This document shows, one piece after another, positions 49,950-63,080 of a stretch of 64,000 nucleotides of DNA. Source of the DNA: Rhina ancylostomus (Eukaryota). The position numbers and the translations under genes were made by a program. The stretch is taken from assembly GCA_030265395.1 (NCBI GenBank), contig JARFYF010000050.1:26411243-26475242 (forward strand), read 5' to 3'. Every line of letters starts with the position of its first letter. Position 1 is the stretch's first letter. The notes under the pieces were generated by a model. The model was not told the DNA's origin. It made no database searches and was given only the letters and a program-made list of their open reading frames with translations.

Positions 49950-50405
49950 TTGAATGCATCTTTTCATAACTTCAAGGCCACCAGGAAGTACTTTAAATCC
50001 AAAGGCATTTTTTTAATGTAATTATTGTTGGAATATAGGAAACACAGCACACAACTGCTTACAGTCAACATGTAGCAAGGTCCTTCAAATGGATTTGTGA
50101 TAATGGCCAACTGATTGTCTTAATAGTTGGTCATTATTACAAAGCAAAAGTTTTTTGCAGTGATATGTTCGATGTTTAACCCAATATTAGTTGAGGGATA
50201 AATATTGACCATGACATTGCAAAAAACCTCTCCAGCTTTATTTAAACTATGCAATTTTCTTATACCCACATCTCATCCAAGCTTCAGATTTTTTGACAAA
50301 ACAGCACTCCATCACTACTGCAGGTGATTATTGATCGAGGTTTTGTGTACAAGTCTCTGAGTGGGCTTTGAATACATATTGTTTTAATTCAGAGACAAAA
50401 GATCC
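49950..50405 (-). mobile_element. near full-length decayed Deu-domain SINE
   Basis: Read on +: GTTGAGGGATAAATATTGACCA (Deu core), CAGCACTCCATCACTACTGCA and CAAGTCTCTGAGTGGGCTTTGAA (head). Confidence 0.6.
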
Positions 50406-50799
50406 ATGTTATGACTGTGCAAGATGTTATGTTGCATATGGATGGAATAACGTCACATGACAAACCTCAATATGTGCAGAGCTTTCTTTTGGAGGAACGT
50501 TTTATTCTAAGGTCTTTAGTAATACAATATCAATGCTTCTTAGGATACTAAGTCTTAAGTACAGGATTCAGAGCAGTGTTTTCNNNCTTTTTAGTCTACT
50601 CATAAGTTAGGATCATAACACATAGTTGAGAAAAAAGATCCATGCACAGAAAGAGAGAAAAAAATTACTGATCTAAGACCTTAAATAGCACAAATAGAGG
50701 TAAATAGATTTGATTCTAAAAAATTGTTAATGACAAATATTTGCAGGATGACTGAAATTAATGCAGAATATTTTTTTTAGAAAATGTAGACAAAATGAG

Positions 50800-51835
50800 A
50801 AAGGACATGGGAAACTCATAAATAAAGGATGAAAAATGAGTTACTAAAGAGAAAGGACTTTAGCCTAGAAAATCAGAGTGCAGACTATGTATTGGTAGCA
50901 CAACAAACAACACAGGGCAAAAGCTACTGTTGAAAATAAGTTATGGTCTTCCCTAACCATGTGAGATTCAAATCATTATACAGACGACTAAGAAGGTGGG
51001 TCCATGGAATGTATATGAGATAGTTTCCTAGAACAATATATTAAGAACCCACTGGATACAAATTATCTTACATCATCTAAAGAGACAATGGTTTATTAGT
51101 AAACTTACAGNNNNNNNNNNNNNNNNNNNNNNNNNNNNNNNNNNNNNNNNNNNNNNNNNNNNNNNNNNNNNNNNNNNNNNNNNNNNNNNNNNNNNNNNNN
51201 NNNNNNNNNNACAAATTATCTTACATCATCTAAAGAGACAAGGGTTTATTAGTAACCTTACAGGAAAGGATTCTCTTGGGAATAATCATCTTAATGCAAT
51301 AGATTTTCATATTATATTTGAGAATTATGTGGTTGAGTGCAGAAATTAGGCCTTAAATTTAAACAAAGGCAATTAATGAGGTTTGAGGAAAAAGTTGATG
51401 AGGCAGATTGGAAAATTGAATCTAATGACATGACGGTCAACAAGCAATGGGGAAATTATTTATGATACTTGAGGAATGAAAACTCCTGGGAAATTGTGCT
51501 ATTATCATGGAAGTTTGATAAGTTAAGGATAGTATTAGATTAAAACTTGTCAAAAAGAGTGGCAAAAGGTAAACATTTGGAAAATAAGGAAATGGCAGAT
51601 CTGTTAAACAAATATTGACATATCTGTCCTCACAAGGATCAGTTCTCGGGTTTCAGATGTTTACAACCTATAGCAATCACATATCTGAGGGGACAGAGAG
51701 AAATATATCCAGTTTGATGATAACCTAAAGCCAGACGAGAAAATAAGTTGTGAAAAACTGATAGGGGAGAAGTGGCAGGTAGATAATGGCATGGAGAAAT
51801 GTGAAATCATCCACTTTGGCATGGGTTCTGACACG
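50800..51835 (+). mobile_element. fragmented old CR1 (endonuclease to RT remnants)
   Basis: DSFLEQYIKNP-like segment, KEMADLLNKY, PQGSVLG (CACAAGGATCAGTTCTCGG) and EKCEIIHFG. Confidence 0.6.
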
Positions 51836-53369
51836 TATTGTTTTAATATCTTCATATGACCAGAAGCTGCAATAGGGTTGATGCTAAAATTGAGTTCTTG
51901 GTTATGAATGGGTTTCCATTATACCAGTACACAGACTTTTTACAGAGATGAACATTTGACCCTGATGGTCATGACACTCATGTTTTTTTTAAATTAGTCG
52001 AGTGGCAGTTGGACAAAGGAGGCATTCACCATACCTCACTAATTTATAAAACTACCTCATAATCTGACATTTAATGTAATATTGTGTTTTACGGTTTGCT
52101 AAATTTCAACAGCAGCTGAGAATTGCCATAAGAAATTCACCTATCCCCATTCTGATGACACATCAAAACAAACAGTAAGAACTGGAAAGTGAAATGCTGT
52201 CATTGAAGGAATTTAGGAATCATTCGTATTAAGGTAAAAAGGCTAAGATCAAAGACCAAAGATAACCACACACAAAGATAAACACACACACCAACCGTCG
52301 GCATGGCTCACCAGCAGGATATCCACTCAGAAATATCTCTTTCAACTATCTAAATATTGCTTGCATTAGTATTGTACTGGAGCTCCTAATAGAGAAAGAT
52401 TGAAATCTAAATGAAAAGATGAACTCATTTAGCTCATAGTAGATGTAAAAATGAAGAAGGGCACCATGTACAGAAATGATGTGTCATTTTGACATGTACT
52501 GGGATGGCTACAGCAATGGAAGTCTAATTACGAGCAGGTGTAAACAATATGTGGGTCACACACTGACCTTTCATAAAGAAATCAAGTTAGACAAATCAAT
52601 AAAAATACAGAAGATGAAGTAATTTTGGAAAGTAGACATTGGATAATTTTTTTCCATGGTTAAAGCAAGTCAAATGCTTGGGGATGAGCTATGCATAAAA
52701 TGTGATGAATAGTGGTTCATTGTATTTGTAATCTAAAACTTCATGGTGAGCTTAAATGGTTGCAAGCAAGAATAGGCCCTGTACCTTTTTATTTTGTGTT
52801 CTAACCTTGAACCATCTTTTGACGTGAGGCTTAATTTTTCATAGTTCCTACTGGAAAACAAATACAATTGAACTAATGAGTGGTGAAGGATACAGTACTG
52901 TACAAGATACATTTTCCATCATTACTGATTCACAAGGGGTTAGATCAAAGCCTGACACTGATCCTTTATGTTACTGCTCCCCAACAGAAGAAATATATAA
53001 TGGATCAAAAAAATGAAGTTTCATTCCATTAAACAGAAAACAATATTAAAGTTTAAGTTTTAGATAATATGAGGGTACTCTTTGTAAGCAAAGGTAACAT
53101 TATGTTACAATAAAAACATTAATGGGATATTGAAATGATTGCACATTGTTTTTATTGCCAATGTTTAACTGTGATCTAATTTTATGACCACCCACCTTTG
53201 TACAATAGGCTGGGGACCTTGTGAGATCATTTATTCCTTTAGATCACCTTTTCATCCTGCTCCCGTCTTGTTGGGGCCCTGATGTTTGATTGATCAGTTT
53301 TGACAAGAGAGAAGGTGCTATTAATGAGAAGTGTTAAAACAATGGTCAACTAAGGATGATTAAAGGAAA

Positions 53370-53780
53370 AAAAGCTACATTTATATAGTCTGTTCTGTCT
53401 CACAGGGACACTTCAAAGTGATTCACAAGCAATGAGCTACTTTGAACCGAGTTTACTGTTGTGTTGTAAGTAGAGCCACCAACTATCCTGTACACAGTAA
53501 GATCCACCAAGTAGAATGTGAGAAATGATCAGTTATATCTGTTTCTGTCTGCTTCTGCTGGTTGAGATAAGAATATTTGTCTGGTTAGTGAAAGAGTTCT
53601 CTATTTATTCTTCATGTTGTGCTTTTGGATCTTTAATGTGCACTGGATTAAGCTGACTGGACCCATAGTTGGGTCTCATTAAAAGACAAATCTGAAAATC
53701 TAACATTTCTTCAGTGCTTTATTAGATTGCCAGTTTAGGTTAGCAATGTGTGCAGTTTGAACCAATTATCTTCCGCTCCA
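53370..53780 (-). mobile_element. decayed Deu-domain SINE
   Basis: Reverse tail CATTTATATAG...TTCAAAGTGATTCACA..CAATGAGCTACTTTGAA and core GTTGAGATAAGAATATT...GGATCTTTAATG. Confidence 0.5.
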
Positions 53781-54106
53781 TGCTATGATCCAATTGAATG
53801 ATAAAACAGGGCTACGGTTCTGTATCCTATTCCTGCTGTAATGTTGATTTGTCAATTCAGTCAAACTGCTAAGCTATCTTAATACCTCTACAGTAACTAA
53901 GCATAAATCCGTGAGTCTGTCCGAACATTCAGTTATGCTAATTGTCAAGTGATAGTGATACCTGCTTATTCATTGCCAATAAACAGGGCCAACATAAAAA
54001 ATTAAGGTCATGAAACTTGGTTTCTTAATATCCATTGTTCAGGTGCACTGGGTGTTGATCAACGGTGAATTTACTACGTAATCCACATGAGCACATCTTG
54101 AAAAAG

Positions 54107-55850
54107 CTTTTTTTATTCATTCAAGGGATGCGGGCTTTGCAGGCTGAACCAGTATTTAATTGGTAATCCCTAACTGCCCTTCAGAAGGAAGTGGTGAGCT
54201 GTCTTCTTGAATCACAGCAGTGCCTGAGCTGTGGATATTCCTACAATGCTGTTAGAGGGAGTTCCAGGATTTTGACTCATCAACAGTGAAGGTGTGTGGC
54301 TTCCAGGGCAAATTCCAGGTGGTGGTGTTCCCATGCTTTTGCTGCCCTTGTTCTTCTAGCTGGCAGAGTTTGTAGGTTTTGAAGGTGCTGTCTGATCAGT
54401 CTTAGTGAGTTGCTGCAGTGCATCTTGTAGATGGTACAAACTGCTGCTACTGTGTGTCAATGATGAAGTGAGTGAATAGTTGTGGATGGGGTGCCTATCA
54501 AGCAGGCTGCTATGTCCTATATGGTATCAAGCTTCTTGAATGTTGTTGAGGGGGCATTCATCTGGGCAAGTGGAGAGTTTTCTTTCACATTGCTGACATG
54601 AGCCTTGTAGATGGTGGAGGCGCTTTAGAGAGTTAGGAGGTGAGTTACTTGCCCCAGGATTCCTAACCTCTGACCTGTTCTTGTAGCCACATTGTGTACA
54701 TGTACTTCAGTTTAGTTTGTGGTCAATGGTAACCCCCCAGGATATTGATAGTGGGGGTTCGGTGGTGGTAATGCCATTGAATATCTGGGGGTTTGATAGC
54801 TGGATTTTCTCTTGTTGGATATTGTCATTGCCTGCCACTTGTGTGTGTAAATGTTACTTGTCATCTTTCAGCCTAGGACTTGATAGTATCCAGGTATTGC
54901 TGCATTTGGTTGTGGACTGCTTCATTATCTGAGGAGTTGAACATTGTACAGTCATCAGCAAACATCCTGACTTCTGACCTTATGACTAAAGGAAAGTTAT
55001 TGTTGAAGCAGCTGAAGATGGTTGGGCCTAGGGCACTACCCTGAAGAACTCTTGCTGAGATGGCTGAGATAATTGACCTCCAACCACCACAATTATCTTT
55101 CTTTGTGCTAGGTATGATTCCAATCAGCAAAGGGCATTCTCCCTCATTCTCATTGGCTTTAGCCAGGGCTCCTTGATGTGCTTTATTAAATCCTGCCTTG
55201 ATGTCAAGGGCAATTACTCTTACTTCATTTATGTAGTTCAGCTCTTTTCTCTGTGTTTGAACCAAGGCTGTAATGAGGTCAGGAGCAGAGTGACTTTGGC
55301 CAAATCCAAACTGAGCTTCTTTGAGCAGGCTGTTGCTAAGCAAGTGCCGCTTGATGGCACCACTGATTATCCCTTTCATCACTTTGCTGATGATGGAGAG
55401 TTGACTAATGGTAAATGGCTGGGTTGGATTTGTCCTGCTTTTTGTGGTCAGGACATACCTGGGCAATTTTCCTCATTGTCGTGTAGGTGCTGTACTTTTA
55501 GCGGTACTGAAACAGGTTGGCCAAAAGCACAGCAAACTCTGAAGCACAAGTCTTCAGTACTATTGCTGGAANNNNNNNNNNNNNNNNNNNNNNNNNNNNN
55601 NNNNNNNNNNNNNNNNNNNNNNNNNNNNNNNNNNNNNNNNNNNNNNNNNNNNNNNNNNNNNNNNNNNNNNNCAGCAAAGTGATGAAAGGGATAATCAGTG
55701 GTGCCATCAAGCGGCACTTGCTTAGACATTAATTGATATCATGTGGGGTGAATCGAATTGGCTGATGACTGGAATCTATCAGGCTGAGGACCACTGGAGG
55801 AGGCCAAGATGGATCATCCACTCAGCACCTCTGGATAAAGATTTGTGCAC
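54107..55850 (-). mobile_element. CR1/L2-group LINE (GGCAATAAATG-tail family), RT domain to 3' tail
   Basis: ORF 54873-55466 (197 aa): ISQLSIISKVMKGII..AQFGF..SAPDLITALVQ..RVIALDIKAGFNK..QGSALGPTIFSCF..RSEVRMFADDCTMF. A poly-A-like end lies at ~54107-54115. Confidence 0.88.
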
Positions 55851-56250
55851 TCCCACATTGGAAAAGGCAACAGTGCATTGTCATGGTTAGTTAGCAGAGA
55901 TGTATGCAGATTGTGGCATCAATCAGTGTGCATCCATGTTTTGGAGCCAGTCCTACTGAAGTGAGCCTCAACTAAACAGCCGATGTGTGTCCAAAACCCA
56001 CAAAGCATCCACCATCCAACTTCAGGAAGAACCAGATCCAAATCTACTTAAAGGACCATTAATGTTTTGCTGCTTTGGAAAATGCTGCTCAGCACAAGAT
56101 ATGCTTCCTATTTCTTTTTACAAGCTTCATGGGACATTTGGTCTAAATTGATTCATTTTTCATAAGAAAGTGATAGTATTTGTTGAGCTCACAATGCAGT
56201 TCCACTCAAAACATGATAGAGAGAGATCAGCAGAACATGTCACAATGTTG

Positions 56251-56416
56251 AGCAAAGAGCAAGCTCACAGATAACCCAAATGTGGCACATCGATACAAGA
56301 CTGGAGTCAGGATACTTCCTCGGGACAAATGCAGGCAGCAACTGGAAGGAAATTTGCCTCAGAGATCTAAAGAGGAATCCCAACACAAACTGGATCTTCG
56401 AAAAGGAATAGGGAAC
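56251..56416. repeat. unclassified dispersed repeat, copy 2 (see 21013-21167)
   Basis: Direct-orientation similarity to 21013-21167. Confidence 0.75.
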
Positions 56417-58419
56417 GCNNNNNNNNNNNNNNNNNNNNNNNNNNNNNNNNNNNNNNNNNNNNNNNNNNNNNNNNNNNNNNNNNNNNNNNNNNNNNNNNNN
56501 NNNNNNNNNNNNNNNNNNNNNNNNNNNNNNNNNNNNNNNNNNNNNNNNNNNNNNNNNNNNNNNNNNNNNNNNNNNNNNNNNNNNNNNNNNNNNNNNNNNN
56601 NNNNNNNNNNNNNNNNNNNNNNNNNNNNNNNNNNNNNNNNNNNNNNNNNNNNNNNNNNNNNNNNNNNNNNNNNNNNNNNTACCTCAGCTGTAATTGAAAC
56701 AATGTATGTTCCTGAAGTTGTCAGGACTTTGCAATGATATGTCTGTGGTCCCAGAGCTGTTCTTCAGCATAAAGGGAAATATATTAGCTGGAAGCAAATT
56801 GGGGATAAATGGAGTGATAAGGTGGATGAGTGCTTGACATCATTGGTTTGAGGTCTAGACTATTTTAATTCCCATCCCTCATTTACATTGTGCCGGCCAG
56901 CTGTCTGTCTGGAAAAGGAGGAAGGAGGAAATGCCTGACTATGGGCAAATTAAAATCACATGGCCAGGTGCCATCAGAGAGCACCATGGTAGATCACTGG
57001 GCGAGGGTATCAGAGGTGTTTCATAGATAGTAGAGCAACAGTGTGGTTGGAGGGATGCTGAGGGGGTGGTGAGATACTGATGCGTGCAAGGAAGATGGAG
57101 CATTCTTGCTCTTCATATCCCTACCACAGAAAATTTCTGAATTACTTCAGAGGGTCTCTTCTTCTTTCCTGCCAGATTATACAAAGTTCACTCAGGAAAT
57201 CCCAACCAGCTGCATGTTAAAATAGAACTGGAGTTTCAATGATGTCACAGGATTTTAATCTGCATTTATTAAAGATGCTCTTCACTGAGGCTATTCTGCT
57301 AACTCTAAAGAGAGTTTGTTTAAAAGAATGGTGGATAGATTTGAGCAGGCAATTGGTGAGACTTTGCACAACTATTTCAATTGCACACTGCTATGAATTG
57401 TTGTTTAAAAATGAGAGGCCATAGAGGTTCAAATATAGACGTTAGAACCAGGGAAGCAAAATATTTGGAAAAACCACTCAGCTATCGAAAGCAAAACACA
57501 CTCTGATCAGAATAAGGAAATGGTTTTCCAAGGCTTAGGACAGGTGGGTTTTTAGCTGCACAGTACAAACAGTTTTGAGAGAATATCTTCCAAAGATCTA
57601 GATTCAATTCCCTTTGAATATACTTAAACAGAGGAACGTCTATGTGCAAAGGAAGGACAAATCCAATGTGCTGGAAATGGACCTTTAATGTGGAAGTGCA
57701 GCTGAGTTCTAAACTGAGCTGTAAGTTGGAGTTTGGCCAATTAGAAAATGATGAAAAAAAGCTCTTAGTCCACAAATGCAGACAGCTAACAAAGCTTACT
57801 CCTGCAAGAAAATGCAGCGACCATGCTATTTTGATGGCTTGTCCTGTGCATGTGCCATTTATCACAAATGTCAAAAATTTTTGGTTACAGTACTGTACAG
57901 TTATATTCTTACAGCTGTTGTAACAATTGATTACTACTAATACTCAGGTGCATTCTATACTTATAGTTTATATCTATGTATGACAGCCTGCTAGCCAACA
58001 AAAAAAAATGATCAGATGTTTTTATATACAGGTGCCATAAATATTTTTTATATATATCAGCTTTGTTACTGTGGCAGAAGATATCATGGATTCCCAAAGG
58101 AAGCTAGGTTAGCAAACTTGATAGTGCAAATGCGAATGGCTGTGATGTTGGATGCTTTTGTGAAGAACCTGGGTTTCAATTTTTAGTGTCACCACATGAA
58201 ATGAATCCAAAGGGTTATAATCAAATAATTGGCAATGTACACCAATCATATCTGTAAGTTCTGGAACAATGGGTTACAATCAACCAATGAGGAGCTGTAT
58301 TTTGAAGGTCCACATGCTCATCTTTTTGATGGTAACAGAACATCTGAGGTAGAAGAACAAGTAAACCATGCATCCAGTGGCTGGAATGTTCTTTACTTTA
58401 TACTGGCCATTGTGCCTCT

Positions 58420-58530
58420 CCAGTCTTTGTCCTGATGTAGGGTTTCAACCCGAAACATCGACAAGTCCTTTGCTCCCACAGATGCTTCTCGACCTGCTGA
58501 GTTCTTCCAGCAGATTGTTGCTGCAATCTC
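58420..58530 (+). mobile_element. Penelope terminal-repeat solo unit with hammerhead-like motif (58427-58464)
   Basis: TTGTC-CTGATG.TA-GGGTT-TC-AACCC-GAAAC-ATC-GACAA, then CACAGATGCTTCTCGACCTGCTGAGTTCTTCCAGCA. Confidence 0.75.
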
Positions 58531-59859
58531 CTGTTGTGACTTAAAAATTGCTTTCTCTTCTTTGCAGGTTTGTGCAGTACTGACTAATTAGGAGGGTGCA
58601 CTGAAAAGAAAAAAAAAGTCTGCCCACCGTATGTAGCATCATATGTTCTGCTACAGCCTTCAAATGAGAGGCTGGGTCAATATTGTTCCATCACTTGCTC
58701 ACATTTCCGAGATTTTTTCGCTTCGTTTTTTTTCCAGTCAGTTCTCCCATCCCTCTTGAACATTGATGAAGATTGATAATGGGTTGAAATAACATTGCAG
58801 GCTTTCCAAAGAATTTCAAAATTTCCAGTCCTTTATCCTGCCACTCCTCTTTAATTATCCATTTCCTTATAAATTTCACTTGCTTGCAATCTACTCCTTC
58901 CACTAGCATTCTCCTTGAACTTATGTAAATCTGCACCTGGATTCATAATTATGATGATCAGCTGCCTCACAAAATTGGCAGTATATTTCATTAATGTCAA
59001 AACAAAAACTGCATGATTACAAACTGTACCAATATCAGAAAGTGGAAGTTGAGGGGTTTCTTTGGTCAGGAACAAGGTTTAAGCTGTTTTTCTGCTTTTC
59101 CAGTGTTTTGGGGGGATTTAGATTGCATTGTTCAATTTGTCTTATTATCTTCAGTACCACTACAATGGTATTGATAAGTAATCGGACATTTTAATTAATG
59201 CCAGTTTAGTCCAGGGCAGTGGATAACTCCACCACAAAGATTTCAACTGTCCACTTCCACTAGGATCAACCAAGATCAAATAAGTGCTCAGTCTCTGAAT
59301 CCTGAAGCACTGAAAATCAGGGTGGATTGGTTAATATTATGTGATATGGGCAATTAAATTTGGCAAATTAGCTTCATACTCAAACTCTTGGACCCTGCTC
59401 TCCTGGAAACAGCCTTGGATTGGATATTAGTTGGATGGGAGAAAACCTGGGAATACCAGGCTCAAGTCCACTGCCTGGGAAACTCGATCCATCAACAGAC
59501 TGAATTCATGTCCTAATAAGGAGCTCAGCTCAACTGCATGTGGTCAAAAAAAATGGGTTCACTAAACAGTTCCACATGATAAGAATGTTGTAAAACATTG
59601 AATATCTGATGAACAACTATTATTTGTTATTTTCAAAAAGTGAATTGGATAGAATATTTGCTGCAAAAGTATGAAACAGTAGTTTCAATGACAATGGCAA
59701 TTCACTGATCAATGGATAATATTGCTCATGCCAGCCAACAGTAACATGCAGGTCTATGCCCAATTCCTGCAACACACAGAGAAAATTAATAAAACCGATA
59801 ATCCATGATCCCATTGTTCAGAAATCCCAATTGTTCGACATCCAGCTCACCAGATGCTG

Positions 59860-60180
59860 ATCTTCACATTCCCTTTAACACACCGGAGTCCTGGCTCCTG
59901 CACTCTCCTTGACACACCGGTTTCTACGCTCCCTTTAAAGCACTGGGCCCCAAGTTCTTACACTCTCTTCCACATTGATGTTCTGATCCTCACTCTCCCT
60001 TGAAATTTGCCAGCACCTGGGTTCCCACACTCCCTTAATCCCACCAAATGTCTGGTTCCTGCACTCCCTTAAATCCCATCAAATTCCTACTTCCTATGTT
60101 CCCTTTAATTCCACCAAATTCCCAGTTCCCACACTTCTTTTAAACTCACCCATTTCCTGTGCTCTCTTTAAACTTCCTAG
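59860..60180. repeat. degenerate ~34-bp C/T-rich minisatellite
   Basis: Unit similar to GTTCCTGCACTCCCTTAAATCCCACCAAATTCCCA, clearest at 60021-60150. Confidence 0.7.
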
Positions 60181-62207
60181 GTTCACTGGAAAATGTGTTA
60201 CACAACTGTGTAAATTTTTTAAATAATGAATTAGATTCATGCTGGAGTATTTATAAGGAGTCATGTTCAATAGTCCAGAAATTCTTCCATTCTGGTATCA
60301 AAAGGAAACAAAGTCCAGGATCCATTCGTGCCTCTTACACAGAAACAAACTTTTCACTATTCAAGAAATCATCATCAGTCTATATCTCAAATCCATCCAT
60401 GGGGCTTGTCTTAATATCTTATTATGTGGGTGCAGCAGAAGTATATTGACCTCAGCGTTAACAATAGTAATCAGGCTGGCATCCATTGCTCCTTCACAAG
60501 AAAGCTCCACATTCCTATCACCCCTTGCATGAAGTTTTCCAACTTCTCTTCTGGATATCCTGACTCTGATTTTCAGGTTCTCCAGACTTCCCACAACTGT
60601 TTCAAAATCCAAAACACTTCAATCAACTTGCCCCTTACTCTTCTATATTCCAACAAAAACAAGGCAATTTTGTGCATTCTTGCCTCATAATTAATCTGCT
60701 GAAACCTTGGACAAACCATNNNNNNNNNNNNNNNNNNNNNNNNNNNNNNNNNNNNNNNNNNNNNNNNNNNNNNNNNNNNNNNNNNNNNNNNNNNNNNNNN
60801 NNNNNNNNNNNNNNNNNNNTGAATCCAAGGTTAATTTTGAAGGTGTGGAATCCTAAACCATACTCCTTTCTTCAAATGCATTCTATATCTGTTGCAAACT
60901 TCCTCCTTTTTTACATTCCACCAGTTTCTTAGACTTTCTTGCACTTAAACGCAATCTCTTTTAGTCCTTTGTTTTGAATCTCCGTATTACCTAGTTTTTC
61001 ATTATTTAAATAGATTGATCCTTTCCATGGCCACTTTTTGGGCATTTCATTTCACTGGAGAGGAATTTCATCCCATGGAAGAAAATCAGATATTACATAA
61101 AATCCTTTAACAGATCCAAAATACCACAACTGAAAATTTTGGAGACTAAAGAAGAACTTTTTGAAGTATCATCTGAACCTTTTTGTCATCAGCACTGAAA
61201 TTTTTATCTTTGACAGAACAAATTAGTCCATGTGAATTAGCCAACAAATATCTATCCATCCCAATGGTGCAAAAGCAATTATATCATGGGACACACAAGT
61301 CATTAACTGCAATGGAAGAACAATTCTTCCTTCATAAAAATCAATCCATTGGATTTTTTTTGTCTTCTCTTATTGAAGGTTCAGATCTACTGGTGCAATA
61401 ACAGCCCAATTATATGGCTCCTCAAATCCCCACCAATGTTTCACATCCATCCTCTCAAGTAGCTCACAGAGACATATTAATAAAAGAATTGGATGAAGGG
61501 ATGTTATTGCCTCCCCTTCACAAACAAGTGAACCCTGACCAATATTGAAGGAGCACAAAAAAACAAAGTGCATGCAAGTAGATTTAATGTTACTGCTTAC
61601 AAAACTGAAATGTGAAAACATGAAAAATAACAAGGAGAAAAGAGTACCAAACTGGGCTTTGACTTTTATTCATGTGACTGAATCAGAACAGATTTATGAG
61701 GTGACCCATCTAAAGAATATGCTGCAACTGTTTTTTAACCTAAAGTGATATTTTTGATACCAGGTGAAAGTTGTTCATGAATAGTTCAGTTTAAACATTT
61801 ATTTTTAGAGAGAAATTGTACGAGCATTATTAATAGATACATAAGTATTTTTTCTGGGTCACATGCAACTCAAAGTGATGATCTAGCTTTAAAAATATCA
61901 GTGAAATCCCAGAAAACACATGCAGTATCGAGTTACTAATTATATACTCATTTTTAGGAGCTTGCAGAAAAGTTAAATATTTTATTCTTTACTAAATTGG
62001 AAAACCTGTTATTAAAGTGACAAGCCAAAAACAGTAATTGAGAAAAGTTTTCTAATTACTGAAAGATCACTCTAGTATATTTGTATACACAAGAGGAGAA
62101 TTTCAATTGATTTCTTGTTAGTGTACAGTTACAAGTTGGAGTATCTCAAGTATTAAGCCCAATTGGCTACCTAAGTGTGTGAAGGTAGATAAGTATCGCT
62201 GGTTATT

Positions 62208-62607
62208 CTAAATTGGTAAATTGGTTTATTATTGTCACATGTACCAAGGTAGAGTGAAAACCTTAGTTTTTCATGCCATCCATACAGATCATTTCATCAC
62301 ATCAGTATATCAAGGGAAAAGCAAAAACAGAATGCAGAATATAGTGTTAGAGTTACAGAGAAAATGCAGTGCAGGCAGACAATAAGGTGCAAGGCCATGA
62401 CGAGGTAGATTGTGAGTTCAAGAGTCCATCTTATTGTACATGAGTCTTATAACAGTGGGATAGAAGCTGTCCGGGTAGTACATATTTTCAGGTTTTTGTC
62501 TTCTCCCTGATGGGAGAGGGGAGAAAAGAGAATGTCTGGGGTGGATGGGGTCTTTAATTATGTTGGCTGCTTTACCAAGGCAGCAAGAAGTGTAGACAGA
62601 GTCCATG
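62208..62607 (-). mobile_element. Rex/Babar LINE 3' end
   Basis: ORF 62418-62606 reads CLGKAANIIKDPIHPRHSLFSPLPSGRR..SFYPTVIRLM. Tail GTGACAATAATAAACCAATTTACCAATTT. Confidence 0.85.
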
Positions 62608-62889
62608 TATTACTGTCTAACCTAATTCTGTCTTCACCCAAAAAACAATCACAGGCACACATCCAATGGGATAATTGAATCTATCGGGTACTGCCACATG
62701 TCTTGATATAATCTTATTTCTTCTTCCTGGAACACAGCTCAAGAAAAATAAGTGGGAGTCTCATTTGCCTAAGAACCTTACTATGGGAATTTACCTAAGT
62801 ATATCAAATATCTTTCAAAGAAAAACCTCTCAGATGCAAAAAGGATATTGCATTATCTGCAACTGATAAACATAGCAGAGTTTATTTGA

Positions 62890-63080
62890 CAAAATTGAAT
62901 GAGTATCAATTGTGGCCTCTGAGTCAGAAGTTTTAAGATCAATACCCAATCCTGACATTTGTGCACTGAAATCTAGATTCTGGACTGACATTCTGGTCTG
63001 TTACTGAGGGAGTGTTGCATTATTCATGGTGCTATTTGGAAGTACTGTTAATTCAAGGCTATATCTGGTCTCGGGTAAAA
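62890..63080 (+). mobile_element. Deu-domain SINE head/5' core
   Basis: GCCTCTGAGTCAGAAG...TACTGAGGGAGTGTTGCATT..GGTGCT. Confidence 0.55.

Noticed and set aside
58691-58936. 81-aa minus-strand ORF
   Set aside because: It resembles a decayed CR1 3' region (ATGCTAGTGGAAG..GAT...GGAAATGGATA), not a host exon.
61183-61401. QKQLYHGTH in a + strand ORF resembles the PARP catalytic 'EKQLFHGT' motif
   Set aside because: The following GFNRS and YGKG.YFA motifs are absent in all frames, so this is probably chance. A Pfam PARP HMM search would settle it.
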